From a bacterium (GTDB taxonomy: Bacteria > Krumholzibacteriota > Krumholzibacteriia > LZORAL124-64-63): DNA of 43,973 nt. Numbering within the stretch: the stretch's first letter is position 1; the number at the start of each line of letters is the position of its first letter. The notes below the pieces were generated by a model, which saw nothing but the letters and a program-made list of their open reading frames with translations, did no database searches and was not told the origin of the DNA. Made by a program: the position numbers and the translations under genes. Of the stretch, positions 27,183-35,384 are shown piece by piece. The stretch covers positions 1 to 43,973 of the forward strand of contig JAURXS010000052.1 in the NCBI GenBank assembly GCA_030654305.1, in the 5' to 3' direction.

Positions 27183-27226
27183 GTCCTGCCGCCCGCCCCG
27201 CGAGGCCCGCAACCCGACAGGACGTC

Positions 27227-29047
27227 ATGGCCGCCATGCAGCGCAAGCCCATCCGCGTGCTCGACAGCGCGTCGGTCGACCGCATCGCCGCCGGCGAGGT
27301 GATCGAGCGCCCGGCCTCGGTGGTCAAGGAACTCGTCGAGAACGCGCTGGACGCGGGCGCGCGCATCGTCCGGATCAACGTGGAGGACGGGGGCCTGGCC
27401 TCCATCAGCGTCGACGACGACGGGGCCGGCATCCCGTTCCGGGAGCTGCCCCTGGTCTGCGAACGCCACGCCACGAGCAAGATCGTCTCCTCGGCGGACA
27501 TCGTGCAGGTCGCTTCCTTCGGCTTCCGCGGCGAGGCCATGGCCAGCATCGCTTCGGTCAGCCGCACGACCGTCCTGTCCCGCACCGAGGACGAGGACGT
27601 CGGCGGGATGATCCGCCTCGTCGGCGGCACGATCGAGCGCCGCGAGCCCGCGCCACGCAACCGCGGCACCACGATCACGGTCGAGGACCTGTTCTACAAC
27701 ACGCCCGCCCGACGCAAGTACCTCAAGCTGCCCCAGGCCGAGAAGCGCGCCGTCCTGCAGACGGTGCAGTCGCTGGCCCTGGCCTACCCCGAGGTGCGCT
27801 GGCGCCTCACGGCCGACGGCGTCGTGCTGCTGGACCTGCTGCCGGCCGACTCGCTGCCGGCCCGCGCCCGGGAGATCCTGGGGCCGGCCTGCCTCGAGCA
27901 CATGGCCCGCTTCGAGGCGGAGGAGGGGGGCGTCGTCGTCGGCGGCCTCGCCTCGCGCCCCACCTGGACGCGGCCCACGCGCGCCGACCAGTACGTCTTC
28001 GTCAACCGGCGGCCCGTGGAGAGCGCGCCGCTGTTCCAGGCCATCCGCGTGGCCTTCAAGGACGTGATCCCGCCGGGCCGTTTCCCGTCGGTGCTGCTGT
28101 TCCTGCAGGTGCCCCCCGGCGACGTCGACGTCAACGTCCACCCGGCCAAGACCGAGGTGCGCCTGATGCTCGAGCGCCACATCTTCGGGATGGTGGTGCA
28201 CGCGCTGCGCGAGGCGCTGGACCTGCGGGCCGACCCCTCGTTCCGCCCCGTCGCGGGCGACGAGCTGCCGTCGCCGGGCGCGGCGCGCGGCCCCCTGCAG
28301 AGCATCGCCGAGGCTCAGGAGGACTACCTGCGCCGCCACTTCACCGGCTCGGCGTCCACCGCGCCCGCCGCGGCCGGCCAGCCCGGCCTGTTCGACGCCT
28401 CGCACCGGGCGCCCGCGAGCGGCGAGGCGGCGCCCCCCGCCCAGGCGGAGGAGGAGGACGCCGCGGTCGCGCCGCGTCAGGCCCCCTTCTGGCAGCTGCA
28501 CCGCACGTACGTCTGCACCCAGACCAAGGGCGGGCTGTTGCTCATCGACCAGCACAACAGCCACGAGCGCATCCTCTACAACGAGGCCCAGAAGGCCCTG
28601 GCCGCCGGCCAGCTGCGCGTGCCCGTCCAGCAGCTGCTCTTCCCCGTCACGCTGGACCTGACGCCGCTCCAGCTCCAGAGCTTCCAGTCGGCGAGCGCCG
28701 ACCTGGAGAAGCTCGGCTTCCTCATCCAGCCCTTCGGCGGCCGCTCGGTCCTCGTGCAGGGCATCCCGTCCTCGCTCAAGAACTGGAACGAGGGACAGCT
28801 CCTGCTGGACATCCTGGACGACCTCTCCGGGTCCTCCCGCACCGGCCACGCGGCGCACGACGACCTGCTGGCCAGCTTCGCCTGCCACGGCGCGGTGCGC
28901 GCCGGCGCGCTGCTGACGATCCCGGAGATGCAGAACCTGCTGGACCTGCTGTTCGCCACCGACACGCCGCTGAGCTGCCCCCACGGCCGCCCCACGATGA
29001 TCCAGTACCCGATCGAGGAGCTCGAGAAGCGCTTCGGGAGACGCTGA
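27227..29047 (+). CDS. mutL: DNA mismatch repair protein MutL
   Basis: IRVLDSASVDRIAAGEVIERPASVVKELVENALDAGA (GHKL ATPase), FGFRGEA, and a C-terminal dimerisation domain with CPHGRP. An alternative ATG lies at 27236. Confidence 0.95.
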   Translation: MAAMQRKPIRVLDSASVDRIAAGEVIERPASVVKELVENALDAGARIVRINVEDGGLASISVDDDGAGIPFRELPLVCERHATSKIVSSADIVQVASFGFRGEAMASIASVSRTTVLSRTEDEDVGGMIRLVGGTIERREPAPRNRGTTITVEDLFYNTPARRKYLKLPQAEKRAVLQTVQSLALAYPEVRWRLTADGVVLLDLLPADSLPARAREILGPACLEHMARFEAEEGGVVVGGLASRPTWTRPTRADQYVFVNRRPVESAPLFQAIRVAFKDVIPPGRFPSVLLFLQVPPGDVDVNVHPAKTEVRLMLERHIFGMVVHALREALDLRADPSFRPVAGDELPSPGAARGPLQSIAEAQEDYLRRHFTGSASTAPAAAGQPGLFDASHRAPASGEAAPPAQAEEEDAAVAPRQAPFWQLHRTYVCTQTKGGLLLIDQHNSHERILYNEAQKALAAGQLRVPVQQLLFPVTLDLTPLQLQSFQSASADLEKLGFLIQPFGGRSVLVQGIPSSLKNWNEGQLLLDILDDLSGSSRTGHAAHDDLLASFACHGAVRAGALLTIPEMQNLLDLLFATDTPLSCPHGRPTMIQYPIEELEKRFGRR

Positions 29048-29048
29048 G

Positions 29049-29990
29049 GTGGGCGCCGACGCGGCCCGCGGCGTCTGCCCGGTGATCGCCGGACCGACCG
29101 CCGTCGGCAAGACCGCCCTGGTGGTCGAGCTGGCGGCTCGCTTCCCGATCGAGATCGTCTCGCTCGACAGCCGCCAGATCTACCACGGCCTGCGGCTCGG
29201 CACCGCCCAGCCCGATGCCGCCGAACTCGCCGCCTGCCCGCACCACCTCGTGGATTTCCTGCCGCCGCAAGAGCGTTATTCCGCCCGCCGCTACCGCGAC
29301 GATTTCCAGCGCGTCGCGGCGGAGATCCGCGCGCGCGGCCGCTGCCCGGTGCTGGTGGGCGGGGCGGGGCTCTACCTGACCGCGGTGCGCGACGGGCTGT
29401 TCGACCTGCCGGCCGACCCCGCCGCCCTGGCCGCGGTCCGTCAGGAACTGGACGCGCTGCCCGACGACGAGATCCGCGACCGCCTGCGCGCCGAGGATCC
29501 CGCGAGCTGGGAGCGCATCCACGCCCGCGACCGCTACCGCAGCCAGCGCGCCCTGGAGATCCGCCGTCTGGCGGGGGAGCCCATGAGCGGGCTGATGGCC
29601 GCCCGCCGGCCGGATCCCGCGCTGGGCTGGGACTACCCGCTCGTCGTGCTCGACCGCGACCGCGACGACCTGCGCGCGCGCATCGCCCGACGCCTGCAGG
29701 CGATGCTGGACGCGGGCTGGCTCGCGGAGACCGCCGCGCTGCTGGCGCGGCACGCGCAAGACTGCCCGGGCCTGCGCACGCTGGGCTACCGGGAACTGGT
29801 GGCGCACCTGGCGGGGGAGACGGACCTGCCGGCCGCCCTGGCGCAGGTGTCCCTGCGGACCGGCCAGTACGCCAAACGGCAGCAGACCTGGTTCCGGGCC
29901 CAGCCGCAGCTGTGCCGCGGCGCCCCCGATGACCCGGGCCTGCGGGAAGCCCTGCTGCTGCTGCTGGAGCGGTCGTGCGCGGCAATCTGA
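29049..29990 (+). CDS. miaA: tRNA dimethylallyltransferase
   Basis: VIAGPTAVGKTAL (P-loop), SLDSRQIYHGLRLGTAQP, and YAKRQQTWFR. mutL-miaA synteny is classical. Confidence 0.92.
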   Translation: MGADAARGVCPVIAGPTAVGKTALVVELAARFPIEIVSLDSRQIYHGLRLGTAQPDAAELAACPHHLVDFLPPQERYSARRYRDDFQRVAAEIRARGRCPVLVGGAGLYLTAVRDGLFDLPADPAALAAVRQELDALPDDEIRDRLRAEDPASWERIHARDRYRSQRALEIRRLAGEPMSGLMAARRPDPALGWDYPLVVLDRDRDDLRARIARRLQAMLDAGWLAETAALLARHAQDCPGLRTLGYRELVAHLAGETDLPAALAQVSLRTGQYAKRQQTWFRAQPQLCRGAPDDPGLREALLLLLERSCAAI

Positions 29991-30007
29991 CACGCGCCGC
30001 AGCACGC

Positions 30008-30037
30008 TTGACAGCGGCCGTGAAGCCGGGCTATCTT
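30008..30037 (+). promoter_or_regulatory. promoter for tRNA-Gly (TTGACA-18-TATCTT)
   Basis: cTTGACAgcggccgtgaagccgggcTATCTTg. The -10 ends 12 nt before the first tRNA nucleotide. Confidence 0.55.
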
Positions 30038-30049
30038 GCCCTTCCTGGA

Positions 30050-30125
30050 GCGGGCTTAGCTCAGTTGGTAGAGCATCAGCTTCCCAAGCTGAGGGTCGCG
30101 GGTCCGAGTCCCGTAGCCCGCTCCA
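30050..30125 (+). tRNA. tRNA-Gly (anticodon CCC), CCA encoded
   Basis: Manual cloverleaf: acceptor GCGGGCT/AGCCCGC, D-arm GCTC-AGTTGGTA-GAGC, anticodon arm TCAGC-TTCCCAA-GCTGA, variable GGGTC, T-arm GCGGG-TCCGAGT-CCCGT, discriminator T, then CCA. T-loop position 55 is C, not the usual T. Confidence 0.88.
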
Positions 30126-30140
30126 ACCAGATCGGCGAAG

Positions 30141-30170
30141 AACGGGTTGCGGCGACGCGACCCGTTTTCC
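30141..30170 (+). terminator. rho-independent terminator after tRNA-Gly
   Basis: AACGGGTTGCG-gcga-CGCGACCCGTT gives an 11-bp stem with one G-U pair, running into TTTTCC. Confidence 0.6.
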
Positions 30171-30216
30171 TATCCTGCCTTGGCGAACTCGCCCCCACCC
30201 GAGCCGGACGGACGCC

Positions 30217-31518
30217 ATGATCCAGCTGATCCAGCCCTTCCCCTCGCCCCTGGACCGCGCCCATGCCTGGCGCGAGGGCGACACCGTGACCGCGGTCGAC
30301 GGCCAGCCCGTCGAGGACATGCTCGACCTCTACTACTACATGCCTCACGGCGAGAAGATGACCCTGACCATCGCCAGCCGCGACGGCGCCGTCAACAGCG
30401 TGGCCTTCGAGCCCTACGCGCTGGACAAGGTCATGAGCTGCTTCGCAGCCATGGAATTCAAGACCTGCGCCTGCGACTGCGTCTTCTGCTTCATCGACCA
30501 GAACCCCCAGGGCATGCGCTCCAGCATCTACGTCAAGGACGAGGACTACCGGCTCAGCTTCCTCTACGGCAACTACATCACCCTGACCTCGCTGGGCCGC
30601 CGCGGCCTCGAACGCGTCATCCGTCAGAAGATGACGCCGCTGTTCGTCTCGGTGCACGCCACCGACATCGACGTGCGCACGCGCATGCTGGGCATCAAGC
30701 GGCGCATCGACGTGCTGGCGATCCTGCGGCAGCTGGTCGAAGGCGGCATCACCGTGCATGCCCAGGTCGTGCTGTGCCCGGGCTGGAACGACGGGCCCGT
30801 CCTGGACCAATCCATCGCCGACCTGTTCGCCCTCTACCCGGGCGTGGAGACCTTGGCCGTGGTGCCGGTCGGCCTGTCGGCCCACCGTGAGGGGTTGACG
30901 AAGCTCGACCCCGTCACCCCCGCGATCGCCGCCGACACCATCGACCTGGTCGCCGTCTGGCAGGAGCGCTGCCGCGAACAGGCCGACACGACCTTCGTCC
31001 ACCTCAGCGACGAGTTCTACCTGCTGACCGGGCGCCCCTTCCCGCCGCAGGACCAGTACGGCGACTTCGCCCAGCTCGACAACGGCATCGGCCTGACCCG
31101 CGGGCTGGAGCAGACCTGGCGCGAGGCCCTGCAGGAGCGCGCCGCGCACGGCAAGCTGCCGACCCGACCGGTGACGGTGATGACCGGCAAGCTCGGCGAG
31201 TTGGCCTTCGCGCAGCGCCTGCTGCCGGCGCTGGACCGTCCCGGCCTGCCCCCGATCGAGCTGGTGGGGGTGGAGAACCGCTTCTACGGGGAGAGCGTGA
31301 CGGTCGCCGGCCTTCTTTCCGGGAGCGACATCCGCCGCGCCTTGGGCGAGCTGCCGGCCGCGCCCGTGCGGGACGTCCTGCTGCCGCCGCGGATGTTCAA
31401 CAGCGACGACCTCACCCTGGACGGCCTCGACCTCGCCGCCATCGCCGCGGGCCAGCCCCACCGCCTCCACATCCCCGAGGAGGAAGGTCTCATTGACTTC
31501 TGGTCAGCGATGGGCTAA
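30217..31518 (+). CDS. DUF512 family protein (PDZ-like N-terminus plus Cys-rich radical-SAM-like core)
   Basis: CACDCVFCFIDQNPQGMRSSIYVKDEDYRLSFLYGNYITLTSL is the hallmark DUF512 segment. Its position upstream of der-plsY-gpsA is a synteny I recall from other phyla. Confidence 0.8.
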   Translation: MIQLIQPFPSPLDRAHAWREGDTVTAVDGQPVEDMLDLYYYMPHGEKMTLTIASRDGAVNSVAFEPYALDKVMSCFAAMEFKTCACDCVFCFIDQNPQGMRSSIYVKDEDYRLSFLYGNYITLTSLGRRGLERVIRQKMTPLFVSVHATDIDVRTRMLGIKRRIDVLAILRQLVEGGITVHAQVVLCPGWNDGPVLDQSIADLFALYPGVETLAVVPVGLSAHREGLTKLDPVTPAIAADTIDLVAVWQERCREQADTTFVHLSDEFYLLTGRPFPPQDQYGDFAQLDNGIGLTRGLEQTWREALQERAAHGKLPTRPVTVMTGKLGELAFAQRLLPALDRPGLPPIELVGVENRFYGESVTVAGLLSGSDIRRALGELPAAPVRDVLLPPRMFNSDDLTLDGLDLAAIAAGQPHRLHIPEEEGLIDFWSAMG

Positions 31519-31614
31519 CGTCCCGCCCAGCGACGCCCGCCGCTTCGCGGCATGCGCCATCTTGTTGTTTGAAAAGTGATTGCAAGCCTCGCTTCAAGTG
31601 CGGAAGGATGGGAC

Positions 31615-32925
31615 GTGGCGACCAGGACCGTGGTCATTGTCGGCCGCCCGAACGTGGGCAAGTCGACCCTGTTCAACCGCGTCATCGGCGAGCGGCGCTC
31701 GGTGGTCCACGAGACGCCCGGGGTCACGCGCGACCGCATCGCCGAGCTGACCGACTGGGCGGGCCATTCCTTCCAGCTGCTGGACACCGGCGGCATCATC
31801 CCGTTCGGCGAGGAAGTCACGCGCTTCGACAGCCTGGTCACCGAGATCGCCCACCTCGCGATCGCCGAGGCCGACGTGGTGATCTTCATGGTCGACGGCT
31901 CGGGCGGCCTGTCGACCTGGGACGACAGCATCGCCGTGCACCTGCGCCGCAGCGGCAAGCCGGTGGTGCTGACCGTCAACAAGGTCGAGAAGGATCACCA
32001 GCGCTACGGCGCCGCGGACTTCTACCGCCTCGGCTTGGGCGAGCCGCACTGCATCAGCGCCCTGCACGGCCTGGGCGTGGGGGACCTGCTGGACGAGGTG
32101 GTGGCGGACTTCCCGGTCGGCCCCGAGCCCGAGCCCTGCGACATGAAGATCGCGATCCTCGGCCGCCCGAACGTGGGCAAGTCCAGCCTGCTGAACCTGC
32201 TGGTCGGCCGCAACGAGGCGCTGGTCAGCGAGATCGCCGGCACCACGCGCGACGCCATCCACACCGACCTGCACTGGCACGGCCGCACCCTGCGCCTGAT
32301 CGACACTGCCGGCCTGCGCCGCAAGTCGCGCGTCGAGGAGGCGATCGAGGTCTTCAGCAACATGCGCACCGTGCGCGCGCTCGAGGAGTGCGACGTCGCC
32401 GTGCTGATGGTCGACGCCACCGAAGGCACCGTCACCCAGGACGCCAAGATCGCCGGTCTGATCCACGACGCGGCCAAGGGCGTCGTGGTCGCCTTCAACA
32501 AGTGGGACCTGGTCGAGAAGGACCAGGCCACGCACCTGAAGGTCTGGGAGGAGTTCTGCCGCGAGGTGCCCTTCCTGACCTACGCGCCCTGGTTCACGCT
32601 GTCGTCCCTCACCAAGCAGCGCTCCGGCAAGGTGCTGGAAATGGTGTGGGAGGTGTTCGAGCAGCGCTCCCTGCGCATCGACACCAGCGAGCTGAACACG
32701 TTCCTCGAGGGCATCATCCACAAGCAGCCGCCGCACTTCCACGGCGGCGGGACCGGCAAGGTCTACTTCGCGACCCAGGCGGAATCCTCGCCGCCGGCCA
32801 TCGTGCTGTCGGTGAACAATCCGAAATTCTTCGACCGCAGCTACCTGCGGTTCCTGAACAACCAGATCCGCGAAGCCTACGGGTTCAAGGGCAACCGGAT
32901 CTTCATCAAGACCAAGCGTCACTGA
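31615..32925 (+). CDS. der: ribosome-associated GTPase Der (EngA)
   Basis: Two tandem GTPase domains (GRPNVGKSTLFNR / DTGG; GRPNVGKSSLLN / DTAG, NKWD) plus a KH-like C-terminus. I prefer GTG at 31615, which has GGAAGGA 6-7 nt upstream. The ORF-track GTG at 31576 is the alternative. Confidence 0.92.
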   Translation: MATRTVVIVGRPNVGKSTLFNRVIGERRSVVHETPGVTRDRIAELTDWAGHSFQLLDTGGIIPFGEEVTRFDSLVTEIAHLAIAEADVVIFMVDGSGGLSTWDDSIAVHLRRSGKPVVLTVNKVEKDHQRYGAADFYRLGLGEPHCISALHGLGVGDLLDEVVADFPVGPEPEPCDMKIAILGRPNVGKSSLLNLLVGRNEALVSEIAGTTRDAIHTDLHWHGRTLRLIDTAGLRRKSRVEEAIEVFSNMRTVRALEECDVAVLMVDATEGTVTQDAKIAGLIHDAAKGVVVAFNKWDLVEKDQATHLKVWEEFCREVPFLTYAPWFTLSSLTKQRSGKVLEMVWEVFEQRSLRIDTSELNTFLEGIIHKQPPHFHGGGTGKVYFATQAESSPPAIVLSVNNPKFFDRSYLRFLNNQIREAYGFKGNRIFIKTKRH

Positions 32926-32938
32926 GCGGAAGGCGCCC

Positions 32939-33622
32939 ATGCTCCTGCTGTTGAGCCTGATCCTGGCCTACCTGCTGGGCGCCGTGCCCTTCAGCTTCAT
33001 CGTGGCGCGCGCGGTGCGCGGCATCGACCTGCGGCACCACGGCAGCGGCAACCTCGGCGCCACGAACGTGTTCCGCGCCGTGGGACCGCGCTGGGGCGTG
33101 CTGGTGTTCCTGCTGGACCTGGCCAAGGGCGCCGGCGCGGTGCTCATCATGTCGGCGGTGGCGGCGGGCTGGCCCCCGGACCAGGCGACGCCGCTCCACC
33201 TGCCGCCCGACCTCTGGCGCATCTTCGCCGGCTTCGTCGCCTCGCTCGGCCACACCCTGTCGCCCTTCGTCAGCTGGCACGGCGGCAAGGGCGTGGCCAC
33301 GACCTGCGGCGCCTTCTTCGTGCTGGCCCCGTACCCCACGCTGATCGCCCTGAGCGTGTTCTTCCTGGTGCTGGCCCTGCGCCGGATCATCTCGCTGGCC
33401 AGCATCTGCGCGGCGGTGGTCCTGCCCTTCACCGTCGCCTTCTTCGAGTGGCGCTCCGCGCATTTCTCGCGCACCATCTCCGTCTTCGCCTTCCTGATCT
33501 GCGGCTGGGTGGTCTTCCGCCACCGCGCGAACATCCGCCGCCTGCGCGCCGGCACCGAGGCGGCCATCGGCGCCGGGAACGACCGGTCGAAGGCCCCGGC
33601 CGGGCCGCGGGAGTCCTCGTGA
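32939..33622 (+). CDS. plsY: glycerol-3-phosphate acyltransferase PlsY
   Basis: LLGAVPFSFIVAR...DLRHHGSGNLGATNVFR, GGKGVAT. Multi-pass membrane protein. Confidence 0.92.
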   Translation: MLLLLSLILAYLLGAVPFSFIVARAVRGIDLRHHGSGNLGATNVFRAVGPRWGVLVFLLDLAKGAGAVLIMSAVAAGWPPDQATPLHLPPDLWRIFAGFVASLGHTLSPFVSWHGGKGVATTCGAFFVLAPYPTLIALSVFFLVLALRRIISLASICAAVVLPFTVAFFEWRSAHFSRTISVFAFLICGWVVFRHRANIRRLRAGTEAAIGAGNDRSKAPAGPRESS

Positions 33623-34632
33623 AGGCCGCCGTCCTGGGCACCGGCAGCTGGGGGACGGGATTCGGCCGCCACCTGGCCTCGCTGTGGAGCGAGGTGGTCA
33701 TGTGGGGCGTCGATCCCGCCCAGGTCGACGCCATCGCGACGATGCACGCCAACCCCGACTACTTCCCCGGCCTGGTGCTGCCGCCGAACCTGACCGCCAC
33801 CCTGGACCTCGCCGCGGCCGTCGCCGGCGCCGACGCGGTCTTCGTCGTGCTGCCCAGCCAGGCGGTGCGCGCCGTCGCGTCCCGCCTGCACGCCTGCGAC
33901 CTGCGCCCGGGTTGCCCGATCGTGTGCCTGAGCAAGGGGCTCGAACTCGACACGCTCAAGCGGCTCAGCACCGTCCTGGAAGAGGAGCTGTGCCACGACG
34001 CCGCCGGCGGGTCCCACCCGATCGGCGTGCTGCTCGGCCCCAGCCACGCCGAGGAGGTCGTGCTGGGCATGCCCACGGCCCTGGTGCTGGCGGGCCGCGG
34101 CGACGGCTGGCACGCCCTGCAGGGCCATCTGGCCGGTCCCACGCTGCGCGTCTACACGAACCACGACCTGCTGGGCGTGGAGATCGCCGCCGCCTTCAAG
34201 AACGTGATCGCCATCGCGGTGGGCATGTGCGACGGGCTGGGCTACGGCGACAACACGCGCGGCGCGGTCATGACCCGCGGCCTGAAGGAGCTGGCGCGCC
34301 TGGGCATCGCCCTGGGCGGCCGTTTCGATACCTTCTACGGCCTGTCCGGGATCGGCGACCTGATCACCACCTGCACGAGCCACCACTCCCGCAACCGCAA
34401 CTTCGGCGAAGCGGTGGCCCGCGGCGACCACGACCCGCAGGAGATCCTGCGCGACGCCAAGCAGGTCGTCGAGGGCGCCGTGATGACTCAGGCCGCCTTG
34501 AAGTTGAGCGCGAAGCACCAGATAGAACTTCCTATCACACAGGAAGTTCACCGTGTGCTATATTCCGGAAAGACCGCCGCCCAGGCCATGCAGGACCTGA
34601 TGGAGCGGTCGCTCCGTTCCGAGCTGGAGTGA
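33619..34632 (+). CDS. gpsA: NAD(P)H-dependent glycerol-3-phosphate dehydrogenase
   Basis: VLGTGSWGTGF (Rossmann), KGLE, NVIAIAVGMCDGLGYGDNTRGA, GDLITTCTSHHSRNRNFG, VEGAVMT. GTG overlaps the plsY stop (GTGA). Confidence 0.93.
   Translation: MKAAVLGTGSWGTGFGRHLASLWSEVVMWGVDPAQVDAIATMHANPDYFPGLVLPPNLTATLDLAAAVAGADAVFVVLPSQAVRAVASRLHACDLRPGCPIVCLSKGLELDTLKRLSTVLEEELCHDAAGGSHPIGVLLGPSHAEEVVLGMPTALVLAGRGDGWHALQGHLAGPTLRVYTNHDLLGVEIAAAFKNVIAIAVGMCDGLGYGDNTRGAVMTRGLKELARLGIALGGRFDTFYGLSGIGDLITTCTSHHSRNRNFGEAVARGDHDPQEILRDAKQVVEGAVMTQAALKLSAKHQIELPITQEVHRVLYSGKTAAQAMQDLMERSLRSELE
34525..34564 (+). promoter_or_regulatory. perfect 9-bp inverted repeat plus extended -10 (TGCTATATT) embedded in the gpsA 3' coding region; candidate promoter/operator for the MerR-type gene
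   Basis: GAACTTCCT-atcacac-AGGAAGTTC (34525..34549), then TGcTATATT (34556..34564). It coincides with a run of A/T-ending rare codons in a genome with very high GC3. It lies 89 nt upstream of the next start codon. Confidence 0.45.
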
Positions 34633-34652
34633 CCGCGAGGGGAGGGTTGCAC

Positions 34653-35042
34653 GTGGCCGATCTGCCCGACAAGCTCTACTACTCGATCCGCGAGATCGCC
34701 GAGCACACCGGCGTCGAACCGCACGTCCTTCGCTACTGGGAGACCGAGTTCCCCACGCTGCGCCCCAAGCGGGCCCGCTCCGGGGCGCGCACCTACCGGC
34801 GCCGCGACGTCGAAGAGATCCAGCTGATCCGCCGCCTCCTGCACGAGGAGGGCTACCGCATCGAGGGCGCGCGCAAGTTCCTGCGCGAACGCCGCCAGCC
34901 GCAGGAGACCACCGACACCGCCAAGCCCCGCCAGGACATGTTCGCGGCCCAGGATCGCACCGCCCGCCTGCAGGGCGTGCGCGAGGGGCTGCGGGAAGTG
35001 CTGGGCCTGCTGGCCGCCATGAAGGAGCCGGGAGCGCGCTGA
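34653..35042 (+). CDS. MerR-family transcriptional regulator (small, 129 aa)
   Basis: YYSIREIAEHTGVEPHVLRYWETEFPTLRPKRARSGARTYRRRDVEEIQLIRRLLHEEGYRIEGARKFL is an N-terminal MerR HTH. GTG at 34653 is preceded by GGGGAGGG. Confidence 0.85.
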   Translation: MADLPDKLYYSIREIAEHTGVEPHVLRYWETEFPTLRPKRARSGARTYRRRDVEEIQLIRRLLHEEGYRIEGARKFLRERRQPQETTDTAKPRQDMFAAQDRTARLQGVREGLREVLGLLAAMKEPGAR

Positions 35043-35085
35043 GCCGCCGGCCGCCCGAGACGCAATCAGCCCGGCGCAATCCGCC

Positions 35086-35114
35086 TTGTCCCGGCCCGTA
35101 TCGCGTATTAGATT
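35086..35114 (+). promoter_or_regulatory. possible promoter for tRNA-Pro(GGG) (TTGTCC-17-TAGATT)
   Basis: Hexamers with 17-nt spacing lie 42 nt upstream of the tRNA. This conflicts partly with the hairpin at 35124..35152, so confidence is low. Confidence 0.3.
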
Positions 35115-35123
35115 GTCCGCTCG

Positions 35124-35152
35124 CCCGGGCCAGGTCCCGGGTCCGTTTTCTT
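35124..35152 (+). terminator. hairpin plus T-run between the MerR gene and tRNA-Pro (weak terminator or processing signal)
   Basis: CCCGGG-ccaggt-CCCGGG, then tccgTTTTCTT. The stem is only 6 bp. Confidence 0.3.
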
Positions 35153-35155
35153 GGT

Positions 35156-35232
35156 CGGGCCGTAGCGCAGCCCGGTAGCGCACTTGCATGGGGGGCAAGG
35201 GGTCGGCGGTTCAAATCCGCCCGGCCCGACCA
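35156..35232 (+). tRNA. tRNA-Pro (anticodon GGG), CCA encoded
   Basis: Acceptor CGGGCCG/CGGCCCG, D-arm GCGC-AGCCCGGTA-GCGC, anticodon arm CTTGC-ATGGGGG-GCAAG, T-arm GGCGG-TTCAAAT-CCGCC, discriminator A, then CCA. Confidence 0.9.
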
Positions 35233-35271
35233 CCGTTCCCGATCCGGTTCACCCCCGGGATCAGCAGAGCG

Positions 35272-35326
35272 GCAGGGGTTCCGGGTCCACCCGGGACCCC
35301 TGCTTCGTCATCTCTTCGCTTTTCCC
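35272..35326 (+). terminator. strong rho-independent terminator after tRNA-Pro(GGG)
   Basis: GCAGGGGTTCCGGG-tcca-CCCGGGACCCCTGC gives a 14-bp stem with one G-U pair, followed by the T-rich tail TTCGTCATCTCTTCGCTTTTCCC. Confidence 0.7.
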
Positions 35327-35384
35327 GTCGCACTCCCGGTGCCATCATGCACCCGCCACCGTTCCCCGAGCCGGAGACACCCCG

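Noticed and set aside
31555-31614. The relatively AT-rich spacer upstream of der (catcttgttgtttgaaaagtgattgcaagcctcgcttcaag) as a promoter or small RNA.
   Set aside because: I could not find a hexamer pair with sensible spacing. The only hairpin (GCCGC-ttc-GCGGC) is 5 bp. It may contain the der promoter, but I cannot define it from sequence.
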